A stretch of 64,000 nucleotides of DNA, from the NCBI GenBank assembly GCA_040376455.1, contig JBEIQP010000001.1, forward strand, positions 15 to 64,014, written 5' to 3'. The notes below the pieces were generated by a model. It saw only the letters and a list, made by a program, of their open reading frames with translations. It did not search any database and was not told the origin of the DNA. This stretch comes from Planctomycetaceae bacterium (GTDB lineage: Bacteria > Planctomycetota > Planctomycetia > Pirellulales > UBA1268). The translations under genes and the position numbers were made by a program. Below are positions 9,694 through 19,496 of this stretch, one piece after another. The first letter of the stretch is position 1; the number at the start of each line of letters is the position of its first letter.

Positions 9694-9863
9694 ATCGCAC
9701 GCACGCGCGGCTCGGGTTCGCCCGTCTGCCTCGCCCCCGCCGGGGGCCGCGCGCGGGACCGCCGCCGCCCGACCGAGCCTTTTGAAAGGCTCTCCTCGAT
9801 CGGGTAGGCTCTCCCCCGCGCGGGGAGTCGCGGCTCCATCCCGCCCCGACACACGAGGGCTTC

Positions 9864-12353
9864 ATGGTTTCCATCGGTCCTGCCGAACTCGTTTCGCTCG
9901 TCGTCGCCTGGCTCTGCTCACCGGGCCTGCTCGGGCTGCCGCTCTCGGTGCCGCCGCTGCCGCCCGACCCCGTGATCGAGCGGGCCGCGGCCGACGAGTG
10001 CCTGTTTCACTTCGCCACGGCGGGCGTGGCCGCGGCCTCGGGCGACGCGCAGAACCTCACCGAACGGATGCTCGCCGATCCGGAGATGCGGGATTTCCTG
10101 GCCGCCCTCGCCGCGCAGATCAGCGGCGCCGCCCGGCAGGCCTCGGCGGCGCCGCCGGAGACGAAGGCCGCGGTCACCACGCTGGCCGCGGCGCTGCTGA
10201 CGCGACCGCTCGCCCTCTCGATCGATCAGGTGCGGATGCGACCGGACGGCGATCCGCCGGCAGTGGTGGCGTCGCTGGCGATCCGCGTCGGCGACGCAGG
10301 GCCCCAGATCGCGGCGGCGATGGAGCGGCTGCTGACACCCGTCTGGGAGGAGTATTCGGCGACCATCGCGCCGGGCATCACGCATGCCGCCGAGCCGGAG
10401 GAAATCCGGATCGGGGGCGGCCGGTGGCGGCGGTCGCCGCTGAGGTTCATGGGCCCGCTCTCCTGGGGTCTCAACGACGGGACCTACGTCGTCGCGGTCG
10501 GGCCTGGGGCCCTCGAGTCGCTCGTGGCGCGGATCAACGACGCCGACCGCACGGCCCCGGCGTGGAAGGTCGCTCTCGAGAAGCGGATGCCGGTGACGCG
10601 GCGGAGTACGCTCACCTATCTCGACGCCGGCGAGTGCGTGCGGATCGTCTCGGGGCTCGACGCCCCCGACCGTGAGCACTTCCTGGCGTTTCTCGCCGCG
10701 ACCGGCATCGCGAAGCTGGCGTCGGCCGGCGCGGTCACGGGGATGACGGCCGACGGCGTATCGTCCACGCTGTGGCTCGGTTTCGACGGTGCTCCCGGCG
10801 GCCTGTTCGCCAAGCCCGCCAGCGGCATCGGGCCGCGCGAGCTCGGCCGCGTGCCGGCCGACGCGCTCTTGGCCCAGTCGTGGTCGCTCGACCTCTCGAA
10901 GACGCTCGCCGCCGGGCTGGCGGCCGTGGCGGCGGCGAATCCTCGCGCCGCGGAGGAGTTTCGCGCGGGCCTCGAGCAGGTCCGGGCGGTCGCGGGGATC
11001 GACATCGACCGGCACCTGCTCGCGCCCCTGGGCCCGGACTGGACCGTGTTCTCGCTGCCGGCGCCGGGGGCGATGCTTCCGAACCTCGCGATCATCGCCG
11101 GCGTTCGCGACCGGCCCACGTTCGCGCAGACCCACCAGGCGTTGCTCGGCGTCCTCCGCACCGCCGGCGCCACGGACGACGTGCAGTTCGCCGTCCGCGA
11201 GATTCCCTACCGCGGCCAGACGCTGTTCTGCCTCGAGACCTCGGGCGCGGGCATGGCGATTCCGGTCACGCCCACCTGGTGCCTCACCGACGACAGCCTC
11301 GTGATCACGCTCTCGCCGCAACTCATGAAGACGCTCCTGGCACGCGACGGGGCCGACGGCGGCCTCGGGACGGTGGCCGAGGTCCGCGAGGCCGTCGCCG
11401 CCGGCGAGCCCACGCTCGTCGGCGTGATCGACCCCGTGAGCCTCGTCGGGACGCTGTGCGGGCTCTACGAGATGGCCGTGCCGATGGCGCGGAGCGTGCT
11501 CGGTCAGCAGCGGGTCGCGATCGATCTTCCCCATCTGCCGCCCGCCTCCGCGATCATGCCCTTCGTGCGGCCGAGCGTGAGCGTGGTGCGGCACGAGGCC
11601 GACGGGATCTTCGTGCGATCCACGGGCTCGGTCCCCCTCGGGCCGCTCACGTCGGGCGGCGGGGTGCTCGGCGTCTCGCCCGCGTCGCTGCCGGTGCTCG
11701 TCGGACTCCTGCTGCCCGCCGTGCAGAGCGCCCGCGAGGCAGCCCGCCGAACGCAGGCGATGAACAACATGCGGCAGGTCGTGCTCGCGATCCACCAGTA
11801 CGAGGCGGCCGAGCGCCGCCTGCCGGCGCAGGCCATCTGCGACGCTGCGGGCAAGCCGCTCCTGAGTTGGCGCGTCGCGATCCTTCCCTACATCGGCCAA
11901 GCCGACCTCCACAGGCAGTTTCACCTCGACGAGCCGTGGGACAGCGAGCACAACCGGAAGCTCATCCCGCTGATGCCGGCCGTGCTCTCGGATCCGACCG
12001 CCACGCCCGAGCGGATCGGCGCGGGGCTGACGACGCTGCAGGTGCTCACGGGCCCGGACACGCCCTTCCGCGAGCCCGCGAAGCCGCTCACCTTCGCCCA
12101 TATCTCCGACGGGATGAGCAACACGCTGGCCGTGGTCGAGGTGGCCCCCGACAACGCGGTTCCCTGGACGAAGCCCGAGGACCACGCCTTCGATCCCAAG
12201 CGGCCGCTCGACGGCATCGGCCATCCGCAGCGGCCCGGCGGCGAGTTCCTCGGCGCGATGTTCGACGGCAGCGTCCGCACCTTCACGCCCGACCCCGCAG
12301 TCTTCAAGGCGATCGTCACGCCCTCGGGCGACGAGCCCTGCAGGCTCGACTGA
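9864..12353 (+). CDS. Large (829 aa) protein with an unknown ~600-aa N-terminal region and a C-terminal DUF1559-like domain
   Basis: From about residue 615 it reads LLLPAVQSAREAARRTQAMNNMRQVVLAIHQY...GKPLLSWRVAILPYIGQ...FHLDEPWDSEHN...FDGSVR, which matches the DUF1559 body. No GFTLVELLVV prepilin leader precedes it. Confidence 0.7.
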   Translation: MVSIGPAELVSLVVAWLCSPGLLGLPLSVPPLPPDPVIERAAADECLFHFATAGVAAASGDAQNLTERMLADPEMRDFLAALAAQISGAARQASAAPPETKAAVTTLAAALLTRPLALSIDQVRMRPDGDPPAVVASLAIRVGDAGPQIAAAMERLLTPVWEEYSATIAPGITHAAEPEEIRIGGGRWRRSPLRFMGPLSWGLNDGTYVVAVGPGALESLVARINDADRTAPAWKVALEKRMPVTRRSTLTYLDAGECVRIVSGLDAPDREHFLAFLAATGIAKLASAGAVTGMTADGVSSTLWLGFDGAPGGLFAKPASGIGPRELGRVPADALLAQSWSLDLSKTLAAGLAAVAAANPRAAEEFRAGLEQVRAVAGIDIDRHLLAPLGPDWTVFSLPAPGAMLPNLAIIAGVRDRPTFAQTHQALLGVLRTAGATDDVQFAVREIPYRGQTLFCLETSGAGMAIPVTPTWCLTDDSLVITLSPQLMKTLLARDGADGGLGTVAEVREAVAAGEPTLVGVIDPVSLVGTLCGLYEMAVPMARSVLGQQRVAIDLPHLPPASAIMPFVRPSVSVVRHEADGIFVRSTGSVPLGPLTSGGGVLGVSPASLPVLVGLLLPAVQSAREAARRTQAMNNMRQVVLAIHQYEAAERRLPAQAICDAAGKPLLSWRVAILPYIGQADLHRQFHLDEPWDSEHNRKLIPLMPAVLSDPTATPERIGAGLTTLQVLTGPDTPFREPAKPLTFAHISDGMSNTLAVVEVAPDNAVPWTKPEDHAFDPKRPLDGIGHPQRPGGEFLGAMFDGSVRTFTPDPAVFKAIVTPSGDEPCRLD

Positions 12354-12386
12354 ACGCCACCCAGAGTTCTTCACCAGGAGGAATCG

Positions 12387-13760
12387 ATGCCGATCGCCGT
12401 CGTCTGCCCCGGGTGCCAAAAGACGCTGCGCGCCGCGGAGAAGCTGGCCGGCAAGCGGGTAAAATGCCCCGGTTGCGGCGGGGCGATCTCCATCCCCGCC
12501 GCGGTCGGTCAAAGTCCCCGGCCTGCGGCGCCGGTCCCCGATCCCGGCCCGGGGCCGGCGGGATCGACGGCCACGCCATCCTTTGACTGGTGGGACGATT
12601 TCGACGACGCGACGCCGGGGGCGCGAATCCTCCCCCCGGTCCCCACGGCGGCCTTGAGCCCTCCCCCGGCTGCGGCCGCGACACCCACGACGCCTCCCAC
12701 CAGGAGCGTGCCGCGACCGGCTCCGCAGCAGGCTCGGCCGCGGTTTCGCTCCCTGGCACTCCTGCTGGTGCTCGTTCCGCTCGGCCTCCAGATGCTGGGG
12801 ACCGCCGAAGACGTGGAGGTGCGGTTGCAGAAGATGCTCGACAGCGATCCGGACTTCGCCGCTCGGTATGCGGTGATCGAGGCGGCGCCGGCCGGTGAGG
12901 TCGATGCGGATGACCTCTTCGCGGCGCTGCCCGGCGGTCGCATCGTCGGCGCCCATCTCCCGCGCGACACGTATGTTCACTGGGTCTACGCGGTCGTCGC
13001 GGCCGTCGTGTTGCTGGCGGCGGTTCGCCTGCTGTTCGAGCCGGGAGGCTCGACCGTTCTCCAACTCGCCGGCGCGCTCGCCATCACCGCGACCGCGGGG
13101 ATCGTGTCGCTGTTGATCTTTCAGTTTCTCGCCGAACTCTCCCAAGGGCTGTGGGTGCGCGGCCGGGGAATCCTCGTCGTCCCGTTCTTCATCGTCAAGC
13201 TGATCGGATTCTCATATCGTGCGGCGCTCGACCCCGAGAACGGTTTCCTGCTCAGCTTCTTCGGCTTCACGATGGGCGTCGGCCTGTGCGAGGAATTCGT
13301 CAAGCTGATCCCCGCGACGGGGCTGATGAAGCAGGGCCGGTGCGACTGGCGCGGCGCGTGCGCCCTGGGGCTGGCCAGCGGCATCGGGTTCGGTGTCGCG
13401 GAAGGGATCATGTACTCGTCCGACTACTACAACGGCGTCGCGTACGGCGACGTCTATCTGACTCGCTTCGTTTCCTGCGTCGGCCTGCACGCCATCTGGA
13501 CCGGGGCCGCCGCCGTGCTGGCGGCGCATCAGTGGCGGTCGTTCGAGTCGAACGACACATCGGACATGGCGATCGCCGGGCTCAAGGCGATCGCGGTTCC
13601 CGCGATCCTCCACGGGCTCTACGATACGTTGCTCAAGCGCGACCTGGAGGCGTGGGCCCTCGTCACCGCGGTCGTCAGCTTTGCGTGGCTCGTCGGGGTG
13701 ATCGAGCACGCGCGGTGGAGCGAGGCGGCGCAGGAGCGCGACTCGTTCGCCGCCGCGTGA
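12387..13760 (+). CDS. PrsW-family intramembrane protease with an N-terminal zinc ribbon
   Basis: N-terminus VVCPGCQKTL...VKCPGCGG (CxxC...CxxC). Membrane core with EEFVKLIP, GFGVAEGIMYS, HAIWTGAA and HGLYDTLL. Starts 33 nt after the preceding gene. Confidence 0.75.
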   Translation: MPIAVVCPGCQKTLRAAEKLAGKRVKCPGCGGAISIPAAVGQSPRPAAPVPDPGPGPAGSTATPSFDWWDDFDDATPGARILPPVPTAALSPPPAAAATPTTPPTRSVPRPAPQQARPRFRSLALLLVLVPLGLQMLGTAEDVEVRLQKMLDSDPDFAARYAVIEAAPAGEVDADDLFAALPGGRIVGAHLPRDTYVHWVYAVVAAVVLLAAVRLLFEPGGSTVLQLAGALAITATAGIVSLLIFQFLAELSQGLWVRGRGILVVPFFIVKLIGFSYRAALDPENGFLLSFFGFTMGVGLCEEFVKLIPATGLMKQGRCDWRGACALGLASGIGFGVAEGIMYSSDYYNGVAYGDVYLTRFVSCVGLHAIWTGAAAVLAAHQWRSFESNDTSDMAIAGLKAIAVPAILHGLYDTLLKRDLEAWALVTAVVSFAWLVGVIEHARWSEAAQERDSFAAA

Positions 13761-13801
13761 GCGGCCTGCCGGAGCGGCCGCAGGAAGGAACGAGAACCGT
13801 C

Positions 13802-14920
13802 ATGATCGGCCCGGAAAAAACCCGCGTCGTCGTCGCCATGTCGGGGGGCGTCGATTCCAGCGTCGCAGCGGCGCTGCTCGTCGAGGCCGGCCACGAATGC
13901 GTCGGCGTCTTCATGCGGCAGGCCGCCCCGCCGCTGCCACCCGCGGGCGGACTGGCGATCGTCGAGCCGCCGCGGCCCGGGCATCAGGGCTGCTGCAGCG
14001 CGGCCGACGCCCTCGACGCCCGCCGGGTCGCCGACCGCCTCGGCATCCCGCTCTACGCGCTCGATCTCACCGCCGACTTCGCGCGGATCATCGACTACTT
14101 CGCCGCCGAATACGGCCGCGGCCGCACCCCGAATCCCTGCGTGCGCTGCAACGCCTGGCTCAAGTTCGGCCGCCTCTTCGACCACGCCGACGCGATCGGG
14201 GCCACGCACGTCGCCACGGGCCACTACGCGCGTCTGGAATCGGAGGACGGCGGCGGGTTCCGGCTCCGCCGCGGCCTCGACGCCTCCCGCGACCAGTCCT
14301 ACGTCCTCTTCGACATCCAGCCCGATCGGTTGCGGCGGATGCTCCTGCCGGTGGGGCCGCTCTCCAAGGTGGAGGTGCGGGCCCGCGCCGCCGGCCTCGG
14401 CCTCGCCACCGCCGACAAGCCCGACAGCCAGGAAATCTGCTTCGTGGCGCCCGGCGCGCACGCGCGGCTGGTCGCGCAGCGGCTCGGCGGCTCGCGGGCG
14501 GGCGAGATCGTCGATTCCGCCGGCCGGGTCCTCGGTCGCCACGACGGCATCGAGCATTTCACCGTCGGCCAGGCGAAGGGTCTCGGGATCGCCACCGGCT
14601 CGCGGCGCTACGTCGTCCGCATCGATCCCGACTCGTGCCGCGTGGTCGTGGGCGGCCGGGAGGAGGTGCCCGAGCAGACGCTCACGGCGGCCGAGGCGAC
14701 GTGGCTGATCGACACCCCGACCGAGCCGTTCCCCTGCCTCGTCCAGTGTCGGGCCCAACGCGGGCCGGCCCCGGCCGTGGTGACGCCCCTCCCCGGCCGG
14801 CGGTTTTCCGCCCGGTTCACCGCCGGGCCGGAAGCGTCCCCGGGGCCGATTTCGCCGGGGCAACCGGCGGTCTGCTACGTCGGCGACCGCGTCGTCGGCG
14901 GGGGCTGGATCGCGTCCTGA
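13802..14920 (+). CDS. mnmA: tRNA 2-thiouridine(34) synthase
   Basis: [15 protein letters not shown] (PP-loop), [28 protein letters not shown]. Confidence 0.9.
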   Translation: MIGPEKTRVVVAMSGGVDSSVAAALLVEAGHECVGVFMRQAAPPLPPAGGLAIVEPPRPGHQGCCSAADALDARRVADRLGIPLYALDLTADFARIIDYFAAEYGRGRTPNPCVRCNAWLKFGRLFDHADAIGATHVATGHYARLESEDGGGFRLRRGLDASRDQSYVLFDIQPDRLRRMLLPVGPLSKVEVRARAAGLGLATADKPDSQEICFVAPGAHARLVAQRLGGSRAGEIVDSAGRVLGRHDGIEHFTVGQAKGLGIATGSRRYVVRIDPDSCRVVVGGREEVPEQTLTAAEATWLIDTPTEPFPCLVQCRAQRGPAPAVVTPLPGRRFSARFTAGPEASPGPISPGQPAVCYVGDRVVGGGWIAS

Positions 14921-15005
14921 GCGGCTGCTTTCGCCCGGGCCAACCGCGAACTACCCTTGGAGGGAACCGGTCCGTTCCCTCCCCCTGAGCCGCCGCGAAC
15001 CACCC

Positions 15006-15989
15006 ATGCCCGAATTCAAAGCCGAAGCCCTGCCGTGGCAGATCCCGACTCCCGTGCTCGTCGCCGCCGGGCTCCTCCTCGGCCTGCTCGCGCTGACGAT
15101 GCTGCTGCTCGTGTTCAACTACGGGCAACTCTGGTTCCAGGCCTACTGGTCGAAGGCCCGCGTGCGGTTCCTCGAACTGCTCGGCATGAGTCTGCGCAAG
15201 GTCAACGCGCGGACGATCGTGCAGGCCCGGATCATGGCGACCCAGGCCGGGCTCGGTGCCGACGTCACCGCGCGGCGGCTGGAGGCCCATTACCTCGCCG
15301 GCGGCGACGTGCCGCGGGTGATCCGCGCGTTGATCGCCGCCCAGCGGGCCGATCTCGACCTCGATTTCGACCGTGCCTGCGCGATCGACCTCGCGGGCCG
15401 CGACGTGCTCGACGCCGTGCAGACGAGCGTCAACCCCAAGGTCATCGACTGCCCCGACGCCGCCGGCGGGAAGTCCACGCTCTCCGCGGTCGCCAAGAAC
15501 GGCGTCGAGTTGAAGATTCGGGCGCGGGTCACCGTGCGGACGAATCTCAAGCAATTGATCGGCGGGGCGACCGAGGAAACGATCATCGCCCGCGTCGGCG
15601 AGGGCATCATCACGTCGATCGGCTCGGCCGACAGCCACTTCGAGGTGATGGAACACCCCGACAAGATCTCCACGGCCGTGCTCCAGCGCGGCCTCGACGC
15701 CCAGACCGCTTTTCAGATCGTGTCGATCGACATCGCCGACATCGAGGTCGGCGAGAACATCGGCGCCCGGCTCCAGGCCGATCAGGCGGAGGCCGACACC
15801 CGGGTCGCCCGGGCCAAGGCGGAGGAACGCCGCAGCGTGGCCATCGCCCGCGAGCAGGAAATGAAGGCGGCCACGGCCGACAATCGCGCCCGCCTGCTCC
15901 AGGCGGAGGCCCTGGTGCCCAAGTCGATCGGCGACGCCTTCCGGGCCGGCAAGCTGGAAAACCTCGGCGGCGGCAACGGCAAGGCGTAG
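15006..15989 (+). CDS. floA: Flotillin-like SPFH protein FloA (YqfA/UPF0365 family)
   Basis: N-terminal TM segment followed by [10 protein letters not shown]...GMSLRKV...[26 protein letters not shown]...[15 protein letters not shown]...GENIGA.L.ADQAEAD, which matches the FloA family end to end. Confidence 0.85.
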   Translation: MPEFKAEALPWQIPTPVLVAAGLLLGLLALTMLLLVFNYGQLWFQAYWSKARVRFLELLGMSLRKVNARTIVQARIMATQAGLGADVTARRLEAHYLAGGDVPRVIRALIAAQRADLDLDFDRACAIDLAGRDVLDAVQTSVNPKVIDCPDAAGGKSTLSAVAKNGVELKIRARVTVRTNLKQLIGGATEETIIARVGEGIITSIGSADSHFEVMEHPDKISTAVLQRGLDAQTAFQIVSIDIADIEVGENIGARLQADQAEADTRVARAKAEERRSVAIAREQEMKAATADNRARLLQAEALVPKSIGDAFRAGKLENLGGGNGKA

Positions 15990-16184
15990 GCCGCCCAGGC
16001 CGCCCACTGTGCCGGATCTGACGGTCAAGACGGGCAAGCCCGTCACAAGCCGGGAAATCGGCCAAACTTTGCCGGCTCTCCGCGCCGATATCTCGTTCTG
16101 TGGGCGTTGACCGTCAAGACGACGGTCGGTCCCAGGGCCGGCCCGCCGGCCCCCACGTGATCCAGAGGCAAGGGAGTGTGCCCT

Positions 16185-16430
16185 ATGGCGATGCGTCAGT
16201 TGCGAGTCTACACGGGCCCGGACATCGAGGCTTCGAGCCTGGCCTTGAAGCAAGCCCCGGCCGAAAATAAGGTTCGCGTCACGCTCGGTGACGTGCTCCC
16301 GTTGCTCGCCGACGCGGTGGCGAGCAATCGCACGTGGCTGGCCGACTTCCAGGACGACGAACTCGAGATCTCCTCCGACCTCAACGACGTGCTCCAGGCC
16401 TACCGGCACTTCCGCCGGCCGAGCGCCTGA
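16185..16430 (+). CDS. Small hypothetical protein (81 aa)
   Basis: AGGGAG lies about 9 nt upstream of the ATG. Third codon positions are mostly G/C. Acidic, non-repetitive sequence with no recognised family. Confidence 0.5.
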   Translation: MAMRQLRVYTGPDIEASSLALKQAPAENKVRVTLGDVLPLLADAVASNRTWLADFQDDELEISSDLNDVLQAYRHFRRPSA

Positions 16431-16564
16431 CGCGGACCTGACGGGCCGCTGTTTCGGGGGATGGACCTGACCGCCGACGGGTTTGGGGCTACTTTCTCCC
16501 CATCTGCCAGAAAATACCCCTCTTGCGAGTGATCGCCGGGCGAGGCATACTCCTTTCCCGGATC

Positions 16565-17224
16565 ATGCCTCACTCAGTGAACCTTTCCGATCTTGGCAGG
16601 CGCGTGCGCGCCGCCCGGCTCGCGCGTCGCCTGACGCTCGAGGAGGTGGTCTCGCGCACCGACTTCACGGTCAGTTGGCTTTCCAAGTTGGAAAACGGCC
16701 AACTCGCGCCGTCGCTCGAGGGCCTCGTCAAGCTTGCCGACGTCCTGGAATGCGGCGTGGAAAGCCTGGTCGAGGGCCTCTCGATCCCTCCGCAGTACGT
16801 GGTGGTCAAGAACGGCGAGGGCACGGCTTGCCACCCGAAGGACGGCAAGTCCGGCATCGTGGTGGAAGGCCTCGCCGACCAGTGGCGCAACCGCCACATG
16901 AACCCCTCGATTCTGCACATCAGCGGTTCGGGCAACCGCCGGCATCCGGACAACCACGACGGCGAACGCTTCCTCTACGTGCTCGAGGGGGAGGTGAAGA
17001 TTGCCTACGGCGACGACGTCATCGCGCTCGGGCCCGGCGACAGCATCTACATCTACGCCGCCATTCCCCACACCATCGCCCCCGCCGGCCGGACGCCGGC
17101 GCGGCTCTTGAGCGTCTCGTACGACCCGGCTGAAAAACGGAGCCGCGCTCCGTTGGCCAACGGCGTCCACGACCATGATGGCAAGGCGAAGCCCAAGCCA
17201 TCCCGCTCCAAGGACCGGCGGTAG
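16565..17224 (+). CDS. XRE-family HTH plus cupin-domain transcriptional regulator
   Basis: LGRRVRAARLARRLTLEEVVSRTDFTVSWLSKLENGQ (HTH_3-like), then a cupin-like GERFLYVLEGEVKIAYGDDVIALGPGDSIYIYAAIPH. Confidence 0.8.
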   Translation: MPHSVNLSDLGRRVRAARLARRLTLEEVVSRTDFTVSWLSKLENGQLAPSLEGLVKLADVLECGVESLVEGLSIPPQYVVVKNGEGTACHPKDGKSGIVVEGLADQWRNRHMNPSILHISGSGNRRHPDNHDGERFLYVLEGEVKIAYGDDVIALGPGDSIYIYAAIPHTIAPAGRTPARLLSVSYDPAEKRSRAPLANGVHDHDGKAKPKPSRSKDRR

Positions 17225-17419
17225 TCGGGCCATTGCCCGGGGCCGGCGCGGCGCCGGCGGTGAGCCACGATCAATCGGCTCCGCGATCCGGCGGCACTCT
17301 CGATCGGTCGCTGGATGGCCCGTTCCACGGGTGCCTATACTTCAAGGCTGAGTTTGGTGCTGGCCGGCTGCCGCGGAAGTGGGCCGCCCTGCGGTGCCCG
17401 CGAACAGGAGCCCTCGGTC

Positions 17420-18892
17420 ATGCCGTTCAACCGCCGCGACTTCGTGCACCGCGCCCTCGGAGTGGCCGCCGCGGCGTTGGCCGGGGATTCCGTGTCGCGG
17501 GGTGCCGCCGCCGAGCCCCCGGCCGGCCCGGCCGCCGCCCCCGCCGACCGGCTGCGGGTCGCCGTGATTGGGGTCAACGGCCAGGGGTCGCATCATGTCC
17601 GCGAATGGATCGCCAACCCCGACGCCGACCTCGTGGCCATCTGCGACGTCGATCCCGGCGCGTTCGTCCGGCTCTGCGAGCGGGGCTATCACAAGCACGC
17701 GCTCACGCCGCCGGAATTCGTCCAGGACGTGCGGCGCCTCCTGGATCGCCGAGACATCGACGCCGTCTCGATCGCCACGCCCAACCACTGGCACGCCGTG
17801 ATGGCCATCTGGGCGATGCAGTCGGGCAAGGACGTGTACGTCGAGAAGCCGTGCAGCCACACGGTCGAAGAGGGCCGCGTGATCACGCAATGGGCCCGGA
17901 AGCTCGGCCGCATGTGCCAGATGGGGGTGCAGAGCCGCAGCATGACCGGCATGCGGGAAACGATCGACTTCGTGAAGAGCGGCCGGATCGGCCCCGTGAA
18001 AGTCGCCCATGCCCTCTGCTACAAGCGGCGCAAGAGCATCGGCCTCGTCGACACGCCGGCGCCGGTGCCGCCCGGCATGAATTTCGACCTCTGGGCGGGC
18101 CCCGCTCCCGACACGGTGCCGCATCGCGAACGCCTGCACTACGACTGGCACTGGGACCTCGCCACCGGCAACGGCGATCTCGGCAACCAAAACCCGCACG
18201 AGCTCGACAAGGCGCGGTGGGGATTGGGCAAGCAGGAGCTGCCGCGGCGGGTCGTGAGCCTCGGCGGCCGGCTCGGCTACATCGACAACGGCAACGTGGC
18301 CAACAGCCAGGTGACGGTCTATCAGTGGGACGACGCGGTGTTGATCTCCGACGTGCGCGGCCTGGAGATCAAGACGCCGGTGACGTTCGGCCTGAAATAC
18401 GGCCCGCTCGGCGTGGCGAACATCTGGTGGGGCACCGAGGGCTACGTCGTCGCCCCCAACTACACCACGGGGATCGCCTTCGATTACGACGGCAACAAGC
18501 TCGGCGAGTGGTCGGGCGGCTCGTACCAGCAGCACTTTGCCAACTTCGTCCAGGCGGTCAGGAGCCGGCGGCACGAGGATCTGCACCTCGACATCGAGGA
18601 CGGCCACCTCTCGAGCGCCCTGGCCCACCTCGGCAACGTCTCGTGGATCCTCGGCGCGAAGGCGGAGCCGGGCACGCGGCCGACCCTCGCCGCCGACGAG
18701 CGGCACGTGGCCGACACGTTCACCAGCTTCGAGGCCCACCTGCGGGACAACGCCGTCGATTTCGCCGCCACGCCGCTGAAGCTCGGCCGCGAATTGACGA
18801 TCGACCCGCGGACGGAGCAGGCGTCGGATCCGGAGGCCAACCGCCTCTTCACCCGCACCTACCGCAAGGGGTATGAACTGCCGCGCGTGTGA
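17420..18892 (+). CDS. Gfo/Idh/MocA-family oxidoreductase with a twin-arginine signal
   Basis: AGGAG lies 10 nt upstream. MPFNRRDFVHRALGVAAAALAG (TAT-like), LRVAVIGVNGQGSHHV (Rossmann), VSIATPNHWHA, EKPCSH. Confidence 0.85.
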   Translation: MPFNRRDFVHRALGVAAAALAGDSVSRGAAAEPPAGPAAAPADRLRVAVIGVNGQGSHHVREWIANPDADLVAICDVDPGAFVRLCERGYHKHALTPPEFVQDVRRLLDRRDIDAVSIATPNHWHAVMAIWAMQSGKDVYVEKPCSHTVEEGRVITQWARKLGRMCQMGVQSRSMTGMRETIDFVKSGRIGPVKVAHALCYKRRKSIGLVDTPAPVPPGMNFDLWAGPAPDTVPHRERLHYDWHWDLATGNGDLGNQNPHELDKARWGLGKQELPRRVVSLGGRLGYIDNGNVANSQVTVYQWDDAVLISDVRGLEIKTPVTFGLKYGPLGVANIWWGTEGYVVAPNYTTGIAFDYDGNKLGEWSGGSYQQHFANFVQAVRSRRHEDLHLDIEDGHLSSALAHLGNVSWILGAKAEPGTRPTLAADERHVADTFTSFEAHLRDNAVDFAATPLKLGRELTIDPRTEQASDPEANRLFTRTYRKGYELPRV

Positions 18893-18897
18893 TCGCG

Positions 18898-19452
18898 TCA
18901 GCCGTCGGTCGGATGCGCGGGCGTCGGCAGGAGCCGTTGCCAAAACTCCAGGTCGAGCCAGCGGCCGAACTTGAAGCCCGCCTCGCGCACGGTGCCGCAG
19001 TGCCGAAACCCGAGCTTCTTGTGGAGCGCGATGCTGGCGGCGTTCGACGCGTCCACGCCGCCGATGAGTTGGTGCAGGTCGCGGGCCTGCGCCTCGGCCA
19101 CGAGCGCCGCGAGCAACGCCTGCCCGACGCCCTGGCCGCGGAACCGTTCGTCCACGTAGACCGAGTGCTCCGCCGAATACTTGTAGGCGGCCCGCGGCCG
19201 GAAGGGCCCCCAGGTCGCGAAGCCCGCGAGCACTCCGGGCTCCCGCTCGATCCCCAGCACCGGCACGCCCGCCGCCTGCTTGTCGGCAAACCACGCCTCC
19301 ATCACCGCCACCGACCGCGGGCGGTATTCGTAGAGCGCCGTCGAGTGGAGGATCGCCTGATTGAAGATCGCCCGGATCGCCTCCAGGTGCTCCGGCGTGC
19401 AGGAGATGATCGCGGGCGGCTCGGGACGCGGCGGTTTCGGTGTGCGGGGCAT
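18898..19452 (-). CDS. GNAT N-acetyltransferase (phosphinothricin-acetyltransferase-like)
   Basis: The C-terminal 184 aa of ORF 18898..20796 read ...AIFNQAILHSTALYEY...VYVDERFRGQGVGQALLAALVAEA...SIALHKKLGF. ATG at 19452 was confirmed in the sequence. Confidence 0.85.
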   Translation of the reverse strand: MPRTPKPPRPEPPAIISCTPEHLEAIRAIFNQAILHSTALYEYRPRSVAVMEAWFADKQAAGVPVLGIEREPGVLAGFATWGPFRPRAAYKYSAEHSVYVDERFRGQGVGQALLAALVAEAQARDLHQLIGGVDASNAASIALHKKLGFRHCGTVREAGFKFGRWLDLEFWQRLLPTPAHPTDG

Positions 19453-19496
19453 TGGCGGGAAAGGCAAAGGTCGTGGAGGACCTGCCCCCTGGCTGG

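Noticed and set aside
9918-13145. 1075-aa minus-strand ORF, one of the longest in the track
   Set aside because: It is antisense to two well-supported plus-strand genes. Its translation is dominated by Arg, Gly, Pro and Asp with no motifs, which is a typical shadow ORF of GC-rich DNA.
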